Positions 9,502 to 18,789 are shown, numbered from the stretch's first letter. The stretch: DNA of 64,000 nucleotides from Bdellovibrionales bacterium (GCA_031426555.1 JANPLN010000008.1:1-64000); one strand, 5' to 3'. Made by a program: numbers and translations. Notes: generated by a model from the sequence alone, not told the origin.

Positions 9502-11100
9502 ATGAGCACTCAAGAAAAGAGTTTTGATTTTTCGCAAAGTCGCAGTCAGATTTTGACTGTGCAAAGTGTGCGCATCTTCTTTCTGACGGTCGTCTTTTTG
9601 GCTTTTTTAGCTTACCAGTTAGTGAACACACACTTTATTGCCCAGGGTGTGTTTTTTTCAGTGTACGGACTTCTTACCTTTTCGTTTTTATTAAACTTTA
9701 TTTATATACTCCTATTTCAGGAAAAAAACTCGTGGATAGGCTTTTTCACAGCACTGCTTTTTGTTTGGGAAGTGTTTTTTGTGACACTTCTTATTTATTT
9801 TATTGGTGTGAATCAATCGCTGCTGATTTTTCTGTACCTCATCAATATCATTTTGTGCGGAATCGTATTTAAGAGACGGGGTGGTGTTTATCTGGCGCTG
9901 GTGACTTCTATTTGTTTTAGTTTTTTGCTGGCGTCTGATCCCCAGTGGCAAGGAAACACCCTGTATATGGCCACGGGGATCAACAATCTCGCGTTTTTTG
10001 CGGTGGCTTATCTTTCGGGGTATTTAAGTGAGCAATTAAACGTCATGGGACTGGAACTTTTAGAAAGAGGGCGTGACATTCGCGCCTTAAAAAATCTCAA
10101 TTCGCTCATTATTGAAGGCATGCCCTCTGGGCAAATGACCATCGATAGTAAAGGAATTATTTTGCAAGCCAACGAACAGGCGCAAAAAATATTTGGTAAA
10201 ACCCCTTCAACAATTCTCAATCAAAATATTCAAACCTTAATTCCCCCTTTTCAGGATTTTATTTCGCGAATCACCGGCGGCCCCTCGGCCGAGATCCATA
10301 CCCAGGACGATCGTATTTTGCGACTGTCGTTTTCGCCCTTAACTGACGAGCAGGGGGTTCGCTTGGGATCTATTTTACTCATCGACGACATCACCAATTT
10401 TAAAAAACTCGAAGCCCGAGTTATGCAGAGTGAAAAGCTCGCAGCAGTGGGGCAGCTTGCCGCCGGCATTGCCCACGAAATACGCAATCCTTTGGCAGGC
10501 ATCAGCGGAAGTGTTCAACTTCTACAATCCGAAGCTTCCATGAGTCAGGATCAAAAAAAATTGATGTCCATCGCTATTAAAGAGATCGATCGCCTCAACC
10601 ATCTGATCACTGAGTTTTTGGACTACGCACGACCGGTGGGAGCGGAACTTACGAACATTGATTTTTCGATTTTGTTGGAAGAAACCTTAGATTCTTTGCG
10701 CAATTATCCCGTCGCACGGCAGATTGAGCTGCAAAAAAACCTCGAGATTGGGCTCCGTATTATGGGTCACGGTGACAAATTAAAACAGGCGTTGCTCAAT
10801 ATTTTGGTCAATGCCATTCAATCCATGGAGTCGACGACAAAAAAAATACTCACCGTTCGACTTTTCCAGTATAAAAGCTCCGTGACGTTGGTGATTCAAG
10901 ATACCGGCGTTGGAATCTCTGAGAAAAATATAAAAAAGATTTTTGAGCCGTTCCACACCACCAAAGTCAAGGGAACCGGGCTTGGCTTGGCCATCGTGCA
11001 CTCCATTTTAGAAGCCCACGCCGCCCAAATCGATGTGAAAAGTGTGGTCAACGAAGGCACGACCTTCAGTTTGAGCTTTGAACGGGTCCTGCCTTCTTGA
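9502..11100 (+). CDS. pilS: PilS-like sensor histidine kinase (TM-PAS-HisKA-HATPase)
   Basis: Six TM segments, a PAS-like region, 'AAGIAHEIRNPL' and 'GTGLGL'. Lies between pilC and pilR. Start moved to the ATG at 9502. Confidence 0.85.
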   Translation: MSTQEKSFDFSQSRSQILTVQSVRIFFLTVVFLAFLAYQLVNTHFIAQGVFFSVYGLLTFSFLLNFIYILLFQEKNSWIGFFTALLFVWEVFFVTLLIYFIGVNQSLLIFLYLINIILCGIVFKRRGGVYLALVTSICFSFLLASDPQWQGNTLYMATGINNLAFFAVAYLSGYLSEQLNVMGLELLERGRDIRALKNLNSLIIEGMPSGQMTIDSKGIILQANEQAQKIFGKTPSTILNQNIQTLIPPFQDFISRITGGPSAEIHTQDDRILRLSFSPLTDEQGVRLGSILLIDDITNFKKLEARVMQSEKLAAVGQLAAGIAHEIRNPLAGISGSVQLLQSEASMSQDQKKLMSIAIKEIDRLNHLITEFLDYARPVGAELTNIDFSILLEETLDSLRNYPVARQIELQKNLEIGLRIMGHGDKLKQALLNILVNAIQSMESTTKKILTVRLFQYKSSVTLVIQDTGVGISEKNIKKIFEPFHTTKVKGTGLGLAIVHSILEAHAAQIDVKSVVNEGTTFSLSFERVLPS

Positions 11101-11188
11101 GAAATGCTTGCAGATAAAGTCGAGGCTGGAGACAATCATAGAGTCCCTATAAATCAGTCCCAGGATTTCAATAAGTTAGAGGTATTTT

Positions 11189-12601
11189 ATGAAGGCCCGA
11201 GTTTTAGTGGTGGATGATGAAGAATCCATAAGAGAATTTTTAAATATCATGCTACGCAAAGAAGGTTACGATGTGACCTGTGTCGAAGACGGCCAGAAGG
11301 CCATCGATATCTTAAAGAAAAAATCCTTCGAAATGATTATTTCGGACTTACAGATGCCACATGTGACGGGGCTGGAATTACTGAAATTTGTAAAAGAAAA
11401 CTATCCTGATCTGTTGTTCATGCTCATCACTGCCTTTGGAACTACAGAGACCGCCGTCGAAGCCATGAAGGCCGGTGCCTATGACTACATCACGAAGCCT
11501 TTTAAGCTGGATGAAGTCAGAATTAATATCGCCAATGCTCTTCGCAGCAAAACTCTCGAAACAGAAAACCGAAGTCTTAAAAAAGAACTGACGAAAGAAT
11601 ACAGCTTTCAAAACCTCGTCGGTAATTCGCCAGCGATGCATGCCATCTACGATCTCATCAAACGCGTTTCCGACACACCAACCAATGTGTTGATCACCGG
11701 CGAGAGCGGGACTGGAAAAGAAATGATCGCAAAAGCGATTCATTATAACGGCCTTTTAAAAGACCGCGCCTTTATGTCGGTGAACTGCGGCGCCATTCCC
11801 GAGGCGCTCATGGAATCGGAAATGTTTGGTCATAAGAAAGGCTCCTTTACTGGCGCCCACGTTGATAAAACAGGTATTTTTGAAGCGGCCGATGGTGGGA
11901 CTTTGTTTTTAGATGAAGTGGGTGAGTTGCCGTTGACCATCCAAGTAAAACTTTTACGCGCGATTCAAGAGCGCATCATTCGACGTGTGGGTTCCACCGA
12001 AGACACGCAAGTGAGTGTGCGAATCATTGCCGCCACGAACCGCGACCTGGAGCAAATGGTCAAAGCTGGAACGTTCCGGCAAGATCTTTACTATCGTTTA
12101 AATGTGATCCAAATCGAAGCTCCTTCTTTGCGCCAGCGTCGCGATGATATTCCAATTTTGGCGAAACACTTTTTAAAAAAATACAACGAACGACTCAATA
12201 AAAATATTTCGGGAATTAGTCAGGACGCTCTTGCGGTCCTCAAAACTTACGACTTTCCGGGGAACGTTCGCGAACTGGAAAATATTATTGAGCGCACGGT
12301 GGCTCTTGAAGCGGGAGCATCAATTCTTCCCGAAAGCTTGCCGCCATTTGTAAAAACATCCTCGGGTGCAAAACAAATGGTATCCAGCGATGGTATTGAG
12401 GTGACAACAGAGGGTGTGGATCTTGATAAAATTATTGGTCAGATCGAAAAAGAGTTGATCATTAAAGCCATTCATACGGCTGACGGGGTCAAAAAGCGCG
12501 CAGCTAAATTACTGGGCATTACCTTCAGATCGATGCGTTACCGAGTTGAGAAATATAATTTAGGGTCTATTTCAGAGGATGAATTGGATGATGAAGCTTA
12601 G
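11189..12601 (+). CDS. pilR: PilR-like sigma-54-dependent response regulator
   Basis: REC domain, GESGTGKE, GSFTGA, FPGNVREL and the C-terminal 'AAKLLGITFRSMRYR' typical of PilR. Confidence 0.88.
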   Translation: MKARVLVVDDEESIREFLNIMLRKEGYDVTCVEDGQKAIDILKKKSFEMIISDLQMPHVTGLELLKFVKENYPDLLFMLITAFGTTETAVEAMKAGAYDYITKPFKLDEVRINIANALRSKTLETENRSLKKELTKEYSFQNLVGNSPAMHAIYDLIKRVSDTPTNVLITGESGTGKEMIAKAIHYNGLLKDRAFMSVNCGAIPEALMESEMFGHKKGSFTGAHVDKTGIFEAADGGTLFLDEVGELPLTIQVKLLRAIQERIIRRVGSTEDTQVSVRIIAATNRDLEQMVKAGTFRQDLYYRLNVIQIEAPSLRQRRDDIPILAKHFLKKYNERLNKNISGISQDALAVLKTYDFPGNVRELENIIERTVALEAGASILPESLPPFVKTSSGAKQMVSSDGIEVTTEGVDLDKIIGQIEKELIIKAIHTADGVKKRAAKLLGITFRSMRYRVEKYNLGSISEDELDDEA

Positions 12602-13223
12602 TTTAAAATTAGCAGTGTTAGTTGGATCGTGTTTTTTATATTTGGGCTGTGACAACCTAGACACCTCTTATAAGATGGATAAAACTCAACCACCCCCACA
12701 AAAAAGCACGACTTGCACAGTGGACTTTGCAAAAACCTGCTGGGTCGAGACCCTACGAACGATTACGTCGTGTTTAACCAGCGATCGGCAAGGCACTTTT
12801 AGTTTTGATAAAAAATTCTGCACCAACCAGGAAAAGATGCTTGTAGATTTTGCCAATCCCATCGCTATGTTCGAACGCCCCTACGATGTGTTGAGCAACC
12901 CAGTGGACTTTCGCGTTCTTGCGAACAGCAAAGATGAGTGCTTTCGTTTACAAGGAACGCGCACAAACTTTACCATCACCGTGGCGCAAACGGGGCAGAC
13001 AGTTCATTTTGAAAACGACGGTGAGCAAATTCATTTTAATTGTTTAGATGGCCAAGAAATCATGGTGGAAACAAAAAATGTGGAAGGCTGCACAGACAAG
13101 CTGGGAGCGGATTCCGTGCCTGGCATGAGCCTAGACCTTTGGACCGAACAAAAGGTCGAGGCTGGGTGGCAACTGGACCTTCGCGGCGCAGGACTTGAAC
13201 CTATCTTTCGCTGCCGCTTTTAA
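12588..13223 (+). CDS. Hypothetical Cys-rich lipoprotein
   Basis: Signal peptide with a lipobox-like YLGC. It overlaps the pilR stop and has several cysteines in the mature part. Confidence 0.65.
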   Translation: MMKLSLKLAVLVGSCFLYLGCDNLDTSYKMDKTQPPPQKSTTCTVDFAKTCWVETLRTITSCLTSDRQGTFSFDKKFCTNQEKMLVDFANPIAMFERPYDVLSNPVDFRVLANSKDECFRLQGTRTNFTITVAQTGQTVHFENDGEQIHFNCLDGQEIMVETKNVEGCTDKLGADSVPGMSLDLWTEQKVEAGWQLDLRGAGLEPIFRCRF

Positions 13224-13312
13224 TTTATCCTGACGAATTCGTGAGCAGTTTTTTTTCAAAACGCAGATATCTGCTCTGATCAGTTTTTTTTAAAAAAAAT
13301 GGCGTCAAAATC

Positions 13313-13339
13313 TCAACGTTCTTAAAAGATGGTCGATAA
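13313..13339 (+). promoter_or_regulatory. Sigma-28 (FliA)-like promoter
   Basis: TCAA-N15-GTCGATAA, upstream of an AAGGAG RBS and the ATG at 13367. Confidence 0.5.
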
Positions 13340-13366
13340 GCCCTTTGTCTCAACAAAGGAGCATTT

Positions 13367-14092
13367 ATGAAACTTCGACTCGTCCTATGTCTCGCTTTAT
13401 TTTCGGTATCCTGTGCGCAAAATGCGGGAGAATCTTTACAAGCTGTAAAAGGTTTCGAAACCATCCCGAGTAGTGAAGAGATTGAAACAGATGAAAGTGT
13501 AATGACACCTGACGATGAAGTCGAGTTCGAGAAAATATACTTTCCTGGTTCCGCAAAAGCCTTTACCTATAAATTTTCACAAACGGGCTGGAAAGAGTGT
13601 GTGGATGTAGTGACAGGTAACTACTACGGTTACAAGTGCGCAACCTCGCGAGGAATTTCAGTAATATTAAAAAAGTTTATGGATCAGCATATGTATAAGT
13701 GTGTTAACGCGGGCCTCGCCGCACAGGGCGGTGGCACAGTAGACGACTACCACATCGTACATGCCGGAATTAAAGGCGATCCAAATCATTCGCCAAAGAG
13801 TATGCATGCTGAGAATCGCGCCATCGATATTAAATCCATCGAAGTGCAGTTAACTTCTGGTGCCGTAAAAAACTTTGTTTTTTCAGGAACCTCCAGCAAT
13901 CCGTTCTTCGGTGCCTTCCGCAGCTGCTGGGGAAAAGTCGTGCGCGATTTTAATACCTGTCCGTACTACAAAGGAGCAGCCAGCTTGACCGGTTCCATCG
14001 GCAAAGAAGATGGTAATCACCAACACCACATGCACACGTCAGTACCCTACTGCGTGAGCGGCAACTACGGTCCTTACTACTACCAGAAGTAA
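13367..14092 (+). CDS. Lipoprotein with an extensin-like C-terminal/M15-type (LAS) zinc-peptidase motif
   Basis: Lipobox SVSC, H-x6-D motif 'HAENRAID' and a downstream HxH 'HMH'. Confidence 0.65.
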   Translation: MKLRLVLCLALFSVSCAQNAGESLQAVKGFETIPSSEEIETDESVMTPDDEVEFEKIYFPGSAKAFTYKFSQTGWKECVDVVTGNYYGYKCATSRGISVILKKFMDQHMYKCVNAGLAAQGGGTVDDYHIVHAGIKGDPNHSPKSMHAENRAIDIKSIEVQLTSGAVKNFVFSGTSSNPFFGAFRSCWGKVVRDFNTCPYYKGAASLTGSIGKEDGNHQHHMHTSVPYCVSGNYGPYYYQK

Positions 14093-14175
14093 AAAAGGTA
14101 CCAAGCACCTTTTCCGGGTACTTGGAGTAGATGAGATCTGTTATATCCACGGAAAAGGTACTTGGTACCTTTTTT
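14091..14175. repeat. REP-doublet-like inverted repeat, possible bidirectional terminator
   Basis: 26-bp arms at 14091-14116 and 14150-14175 with one mismatch. Each arm is itself palindromic (AAAAGGT..ACCTTTT). Lies between convergent genes. Confidence 0.85.
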
Positions 14176-15258
14176 TTATTCGTGGAGGTTGCTGAGGGTT
14201 ACGGTTGTGGAAAGTTTGGATTTTTTGCGCAGGTAATCCACCTTCACTGTGTCGCCTGCATTCTTGTTTTCTAAAATGCTAAAAAGATCATCTACGTCCT
14301 TCACCGGTTTGCCATCTACGGCTGTGATGACGTCGCCCAGTTCGGCATTGCTGTCCGAAATTTTCATGCCTCGGAGACCCGCTTTGTCGGCTCCACCGCG
14401 AGGTAATATACTTTTGATAATGATTCCGTCAAAACCCCGTACGCCCAGCATACGGTAGTAAAATTCGGGTAGATATTCAATGCCCAACCCCGGTTGCGAA
14501 ACTTTGCCGTTCTTTATAATTTGCTCCACCACGCGGCGGATAGTGTTGACAGGCACAGCGAAACCGACGCCGGCAGAGCTTCCTGACTGCGAATAGATGG
14601 CAGTGTTCATGCCGATTAAAAATCCACGGCTGTCCATCAACGGACCGCCGGAGTTACCGGGGTTGATGGCAGCATCGGTTTGTATCATTTCGCGGTTCAT
14701 AATTCCCTGGGCAGGGGAGGGTACACTGCGTCCGAGGGCCGAAACAACTCCTGTGGTGAGCGTGTGCGAAAGTTCAAAGGGGTTACCAATGGCCACGGTT
14801 TTCTGACCCACTTGCAGTTTGGCTGAATCTCCAAGTTGCGAAGAAAACCCAAGGGGCAAATTTTTAGTGTCTTTAACTTTAAGGAGTACAATGTCGCGAC
14901 GAGGTTCGGTGCCGATAATTTTCGCATCGATGGAGCGGCCATCTTTCAGCGTCACTTTCACATTGTTGGATGTTGCAGCCTCGACCACGTGGTAATTTGT
15001 AACAATATGACCTTTTTGATCCCATATAAAACCCGTCCCCGCACCAGCCGGCACTTCAAACACGTCCCGCGAAAAAAAATCGCGAACTTTGGTGGTCGTA
15101 TTCACAAACACCACAAAGTCGGCGGCCTTGTTGAAAACATCGATGGTGTTTTTTTCGTCCTGCAGAAGCCATGGCTTTTCGTTTTCCAAAACCGTGGTGT
15201 TTTGGGCAAAGAGCAGAGTGGACGACCAGAACAAAAGCGAAGTTAAAATCATCGACAT
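14176..15258 (-). CDS. HtrA/DegP-family trypsin-like serine protease with one PDZ domain
   Basis: 'TNYHVV', 'QTDAAINPGNSGGPL', a signal peptide and a C-terminal PDZ domain. Confidence 0.95.
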   Translation of the reverse strand: MSMILTSLLFWSSTLLFAQNTTVLENEKPWLLQDEKNTIDVFNKAADFVVFVNTTTKVRDFFSRDVFEVPAGAGTGFIWDQKGHIVTNYHVVEAATSNNVKVTLKDGRSIDAKIIGTEPRRDIVLLKVKDTKNLPLGFSSQLGDSAKLQVGQKTVAIGNPFELSHTLTTGVVSALGRSVPSPAQGIMNREMIQTDAAINPGNSGGPLMDSRGFLIGMNTAIYSQSGSSAGVGFAVPVNTIRRVVEQIIKNGKVSQPGLGIEYLPEFYYRMLGVRGFDGIIIKSILPRGGADKAGLRGMKISDSNAELGDVITAVDGKPVKDVDDLFSILENKNAGDTVKVDYLRKKSKLSTTVTLSNLHE

Positions 15259-15481
15259 ACAAAAACCTCCTGCGATGACCTTAATATGAATGCCCGGTGG
15301 GAATCGTCAAGCGAGTCCCGACGAGCCATTCACTGACTGCGCCAAAAGGAGATCCAAGCGGCGCCAGCATGCCTTTTTAATAAGCAGTAAATTAATACCT
15401 TAACAAAATCCTGACAGAATCCATAATTGTAAAAAATACGTACTTTGGTAACGTTTTATTGTCTTTGAATGGGGGGGGAAT

Positions 15482-15961
15482 ATGAGATCTGTCATCAGTA
15501 CTTTTTTTCTACTGTTTCTAAGCCAACAAATCGCCTTCGCGGCACCCGTTGGAAACTCGATTCCAGTGACCCCGGATGTGGAAAAAACGCCGGGCGAATT
15601 ATGCTCCGATGAGGACAAAGACTTTTACGAGTATCGCTACTCCGAAAAAATGCCCTACTGCATTCGCAAAGTGGCGCAGTGGCAAAAAGACAAAATCTAT
15701 AAGCAGTACAATATCCCGCAAAAGTGCCGCCATCGTTACACCGTGGATCACCTCGTGCCTCTCGCCGTGGGTGGAAATAACGCCTTCGAAAATCTTTGGC
15801 CCGAACACGTGCTGGTTAAAAAAACTCGACAAGAGCTTGAGCAAGAACTCTACGAAGACGTTCGCAAAGGTTTAATGCCATCTAAGGACGCCCGCGAAAT
15901 CATTTTTAGAGCCAAGATCGAACTTCAATTGGATCTTAGCGACGTCGACGGCTGCGGCTGA
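15482..15961 (+). CDS. Secreted HNH-type (beta-beta-alpha-metal) nuclease-like protein
   Basis: Sec signal peptide ending in AFA and the motif 'DHLVPLAVGGNN..ENLWP'. Confidence 0.7.
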   Translation: MRSVISTFFLLFLSQQIAFAAPVGNSIPVTPDVEKTPGELCSDEDKDFYEYRYSEKMPYCIRKVAQWQKDKIYKQYNIPQKCRHRYTVDHLVPLAVGGNNAFENLWPEHVLVKKTRQELEQELYEDVRKGLMPSKDAREIIFRAKIELQLDLSDVDGCG

Positions 15962-16026
15962 GAGTCTTGACGGGTGCGGCTAAGCACCTTGACGCTAACA
16001 GCTGACTTCATGGAATATGCAGTCCC

Positions 16027-16845
16027 ATGCTTCAGCCTAAAAGCCGCTTTAAAAACTACCTCATAAATACGAATTCTCTGGCCGAGGAGGCCATACAACT
16101 CGCCAGTCAATTTGAAGAGTTGCAAAAAATAACTGCAAATCTGCGACTGACTCCTCCGGAAAAGGTGCTTATTTTTGTGCTGATCTATCTTTTTCAGCGC
16201 AGGGGCGATCGATGGATGATGCCTTCGGGACAATTGGTGGTCGGCAGTGGCGTGCGCATCGACGCCCTTAAAGACCATTGGAGTTTTTTGCATACCTTCA
16301 AAACCACAGCGCATCTTCTGGACGTGGCCGTGGAGTATCGAATCCGCCTTTTACCGCAAGCCATTTTTTCTGTTTTGTGGAAGTGGGGGCGGGGTGAGTG
16401 CGATCTACTGCTGTGGGATCGAGTGCCCACGCCGTTTGAAATGTTGGATTATCAGTCCAAGGGGCAAAGAATTGTCACCATGGATTTGCAAAAAGCCGCG
16501 CAGGGGGAGTTGGTCGACGGGCAAAGAGATGCCTTTGAGTTTTTGTTGCATGATTTATTGCATGCGGATCTTTTTTTTAAAGATCAAGAAACCCATGCGC
16601 AACAGAGGAGTTTTTTTTCGCAGCTGAAAGAAATTATTCTTCGCGAAAAGCTTCTCGACGTCACCGACGAGCTTTTTTTGCGGGACCTTGCGTACCTGAT
16701 GGCAGATATGAATTCTCACCGAGCCCATCTCGAAGCCCACTTCAGAGCCATTTTGATCGCGATGCAATTGCGCCAGGAGCGGCGAGACCCGCGCGAAGTT
16801 TTGAGTGCAAAAGGCCTTGATTGGGTGCAAAGAGTGACAATTTAG
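16027..16845 (+). CDS. Hypothetical protein with an HDxxH motif
   Basis: 272-aa ORF containing 'RDAFEFLLHDLLHAD' and 'DMNSH'. Confidence 0.65.
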   Translation: MLQPKSRFKNYLINTNSLAEEAIQLASQFEELQKITANLRLTPPEKVLIFVLIYLFQRRGDRWMMPSGQLVVGSGVRIDALKDHWSFLHTFKTTAHLLDVAVEYRIRLLPQAIFSVLWKWGRGECDLLLWDRVPTPFEMLDYQSKGQRIVTMDLQKAAQGELVDGQRDAFEFLLHDLLHADLFFKDQETHAQQRSFFSQLKEIILREKLLDVTDELFLRDLAYLMADMNSHRAHLEAHFRAILIAMQLRQERRDPREVLSAKGLDWVQRVTI

Positions 16846-16887
16846 GGCAGCTCACCGCTGACAACTCAAATGAAGGGAACCCTGATT

Positions 16888-16903
16888 TGGTTTCTAGCTT
16901 GCA
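16888..16903 (+). promoter_or_regulatory. Possible sigma-54 (-24/-12) promoter
   Basis: TGG-TTTCTAGC-TTGCA gives the exact GG-N10-GC spacing, ~35 nt upstream of the small ORF at 16939. Confidence 0.35.
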
Positions 16904-16938
16904 AGGAGTTTCGTAGCTCGCAAGAGCGAGGAGGACCT

Positions 16939-17019
16939 ATGTTGCAGTTACCAGAAACCATTTTGATGATCGTATTTTGTTCGCTGATCCTATTTGGCGG
17001 CGGATACATGGTTGTTTAA
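16939..17019 (+). CDS. 26-aa hydrophobic small protein (MLQLPETILMIVFCSLILFGGGYMVV)
   Basis: Strong GAGGAGG RBS a few nt before the ATG and a single hydrophobic stretch. Too short for the supplied ORF track. Confidence 0.55.
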   Translation: MLQLPETILMIVFCSLILFGGGYMVV

Positions 17020-17029
17020 TTGACTCTCA

Positions 17030-17068
17030 GGACTCTCCCGTTGATGATAAATCAATAAGGGAGAGTCC
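17030..17068 (+). promoter_or_regulatory. Hairpin occluding the RBS of the downstream gene
   Basis: Perfect 10-bp stem GGACTCTCCC/GGGAGAGTCC plus an inner TTGAT/ATCAA pair, ending at the base before the ATG at 17069. Confidence 0.55.
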
Positions 17069-18325
17069 ATGCTTCAACGTTTATCTCTATCAGCTCTTTG
17101 TTTTATCTGTCTAACGGTGTTTTCCCCAGCGCAATCGCACGCGCAAAACCTGCAATGGAATCAACCCGAAGTGGTGCCCGAAAAATTGGCTCGCGACAAC
17201 CGCCGAGTTCTGCGCTTTTCGGGAACGGCAAAAGCCGGAACCCAATTGCGTGTTCGCGAAAACAAAGTCAAAATGATTTTTAACCAAACAAAAGTAAAAT
17301 GGGCTCGCATTCCGCAAAAACACCGCGTGCAGTTTCCGGTGATTGCTAGTGACACCGGTTATTTTTCCTTCGAACTTTATCTTCCCACTGTTTCCGTAGA
17401 AATTCCCCTGGAAATTTTTAGAGGCGGAAAGTGGGTTCCGTATCGCTTTAGCTTTGAAGTTCCAGATCGCGGTGCTGCGGACGAGTTTAAGTTTGTCGAA
17501 GAAAGTTTTAAAATTCGCAAAGACGAAGAGGGCGCTAAAATTGAAGAATTCCTCTCTGAGTACGACAGCGACGAAGATCGCGGAATGGTTGTTAACGACC
17601 GCGGTGAGTGGAAATCCTGGGTCACCGGCAAAGTGGTGGTTTGGGGAAGTTTGGGTTTTAGTTACACCACTCTTGAACAAGAGATCAGTGCCGCTGCCAC
17701 GGACAGCTTAGGATCATTTGGTGGGTTGTCCTTTCCTTACTGGGAAATCGGCGGAGAATACCGCTGGAACGAAAAATGGAAAATCGACCTAGCTTTTATG
17801 AATCGCCCAGGCAAAGCCGACGCCGACGGTGCTTACACCTTACAAAACGAAGATATGGAATGGACAGAGTTGAGAACCAATCTTTCCTATTTCCCGATTT
17901 CTTGGGAGTCGGCAAAATATCGCCTTGGCTTTAAAGGCGGTTTACAAAGACATGATATTCCGTTTGTGAAGCGTTCAGGTATCGGCGTGTATCGTGTGTT
18001 TAGCAATGACGTGCTTTTAGCAGCAGCGGGTGTTGCATTTGAGACGATGAAGGCCAAGGATTGGAACATCGATGCCAGCGCTCAATTTATGTATCCCATT
18101 TCTGTGGGCGGAGAATTTAACGAGTCAGCGATGTATGGACTCAATATGAATCTTTCGATTTTTAAAGAATTGATTCCAGCTCTCAGCTTGGGCGGCAAAG
18201 TGGATTTCAGTTGGCTGACCTTCGAAGGTCAACACGCAGAAATCTCCAACCCCACACTGTCGGCAACCTCCGACACAACGTTATGGCAGATCACACCCAG
18301 CTTTTTACTCAAGGCGGAGTTCTAG
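17069..18325 (+). CDS. Putative outer-membrane beta-barrel protein with an N-terminal soluble domain
   Basis: Signal peptide, amphipathic beta-strands in the C-terminal half and a C-terminal Phe (..LLKAEF). Confidence 0.65.
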   Translation: MLQRLSLSALCFICLTVFSPAQSHAQNLQWNQPEVVPEKLARDNRRVLRFSGTAKAGTQLRVRENKVKMIFNQTKVKWARIPQKHRVQFPVIASDTGYFSFELYLPTVSVEIPLEIFRGGKWVPYRFSFEVPDRGAADEFKFVEESFKIRKDEEGAKIEEFLSEYDSDEDRGMVVNDRGEWKSWVTGKVVVWGSLGFSYTTLEQEISAAATDSLGSFGGLSFPYWEIGGEYRWNEKWKIDLAFMNRPGKADADGAYTLQNEDMEWTELRTNLSYFPISWESAKYRLGFKGGLQRHDIPFVKRSGIGVYRVFSNDVLLAAAGVAFETMKAKDWNIDASAQFMYPISVGGEFNESAMYGLNMNLSIFKELIPALSLGGKVDFSWLTFEGQHAEISNPTLSATSDTTLWQITPSFLLKAEF

Positions 18326-18506
18326 GCACGGAAACTCTTTTGGGATTTGAAGCGTTATAATTTTTGAATCCTCATTTGAAATATTACTTAAAAACGAGTT
18401 CCGCAGACCCGCAGGGGCGAGGACTGTCCGAGGCTTTTCAGTGATATTTGAAATGAGGATTCAAAAATTATAACGCTTCAAATCCCAAAAGAGTTTCCGT
18501 GCCTAG
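18322..18506. repeat. 185-bp CTAG-bounded palindromic element (MITE/RPE-like)
   Basis: 67-bp inverted arms at 18322-18388 and 18440-18506. The outer 56 bp are perfect, with 2 mismatches overall, around a GC-rich central loop. Confidence 0.88.
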
Positions 18507-18540
18507 ATACAGGCGCAAGCTAGCAACAACGCTCGCGCAC

Positions 18541-18744
18541 CTAGTGGAGTTTATGCTCTTTGTTCTTGAGATCGATTTTGCATTTGGGGCAGGATGAGAT
18601 CTCGATGACGGTTTGTTTTAAAAAGTTAAAATCATGTTCAAACGTAAGGTCATTTCCACAAAAACAACAAGAACACTCTTGTTGAAGAAAATCGTCGCCC
18701 CAGCTGATGTCGTCGGTTGTCGTATCTGTAAGTGTCTTTGACAT
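18541..18744 (-). CDS. Small zinc-ribbon-like protein
   Basis: 'CSCCFCG' and 'CPKC' motifs, with a GAGG RBS upstream. Confidence 0.7.
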   Translation of the reverse strand: MSKTLTDTTTDDISWGDDFLQQECSCCFCGNDLTFEHDFNFLKQTVIEISSCPKCKIDLKNKEHKLH

Positions 18745-18762
18745 AGGTACCTCGCTTGTACC

Positions 18763-18789
18763 TTGTCGGTGCTTTTGCTTAGACCTTAA
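18763..18789 (-). promoter_or_regulatory. Sigma-28-like promoter
   Basis: Minus-strand TTAA-N15-ACCGACAA upstream of 18744. Confidence 0.4.

Noticed and set aside
16846..16935. Known riboswitch upstream of the small ORF
   Set aside because: Only a small GCTC-GCAA-GAGC hairpin is visible. I could not match any riboswitch consensus by eye.
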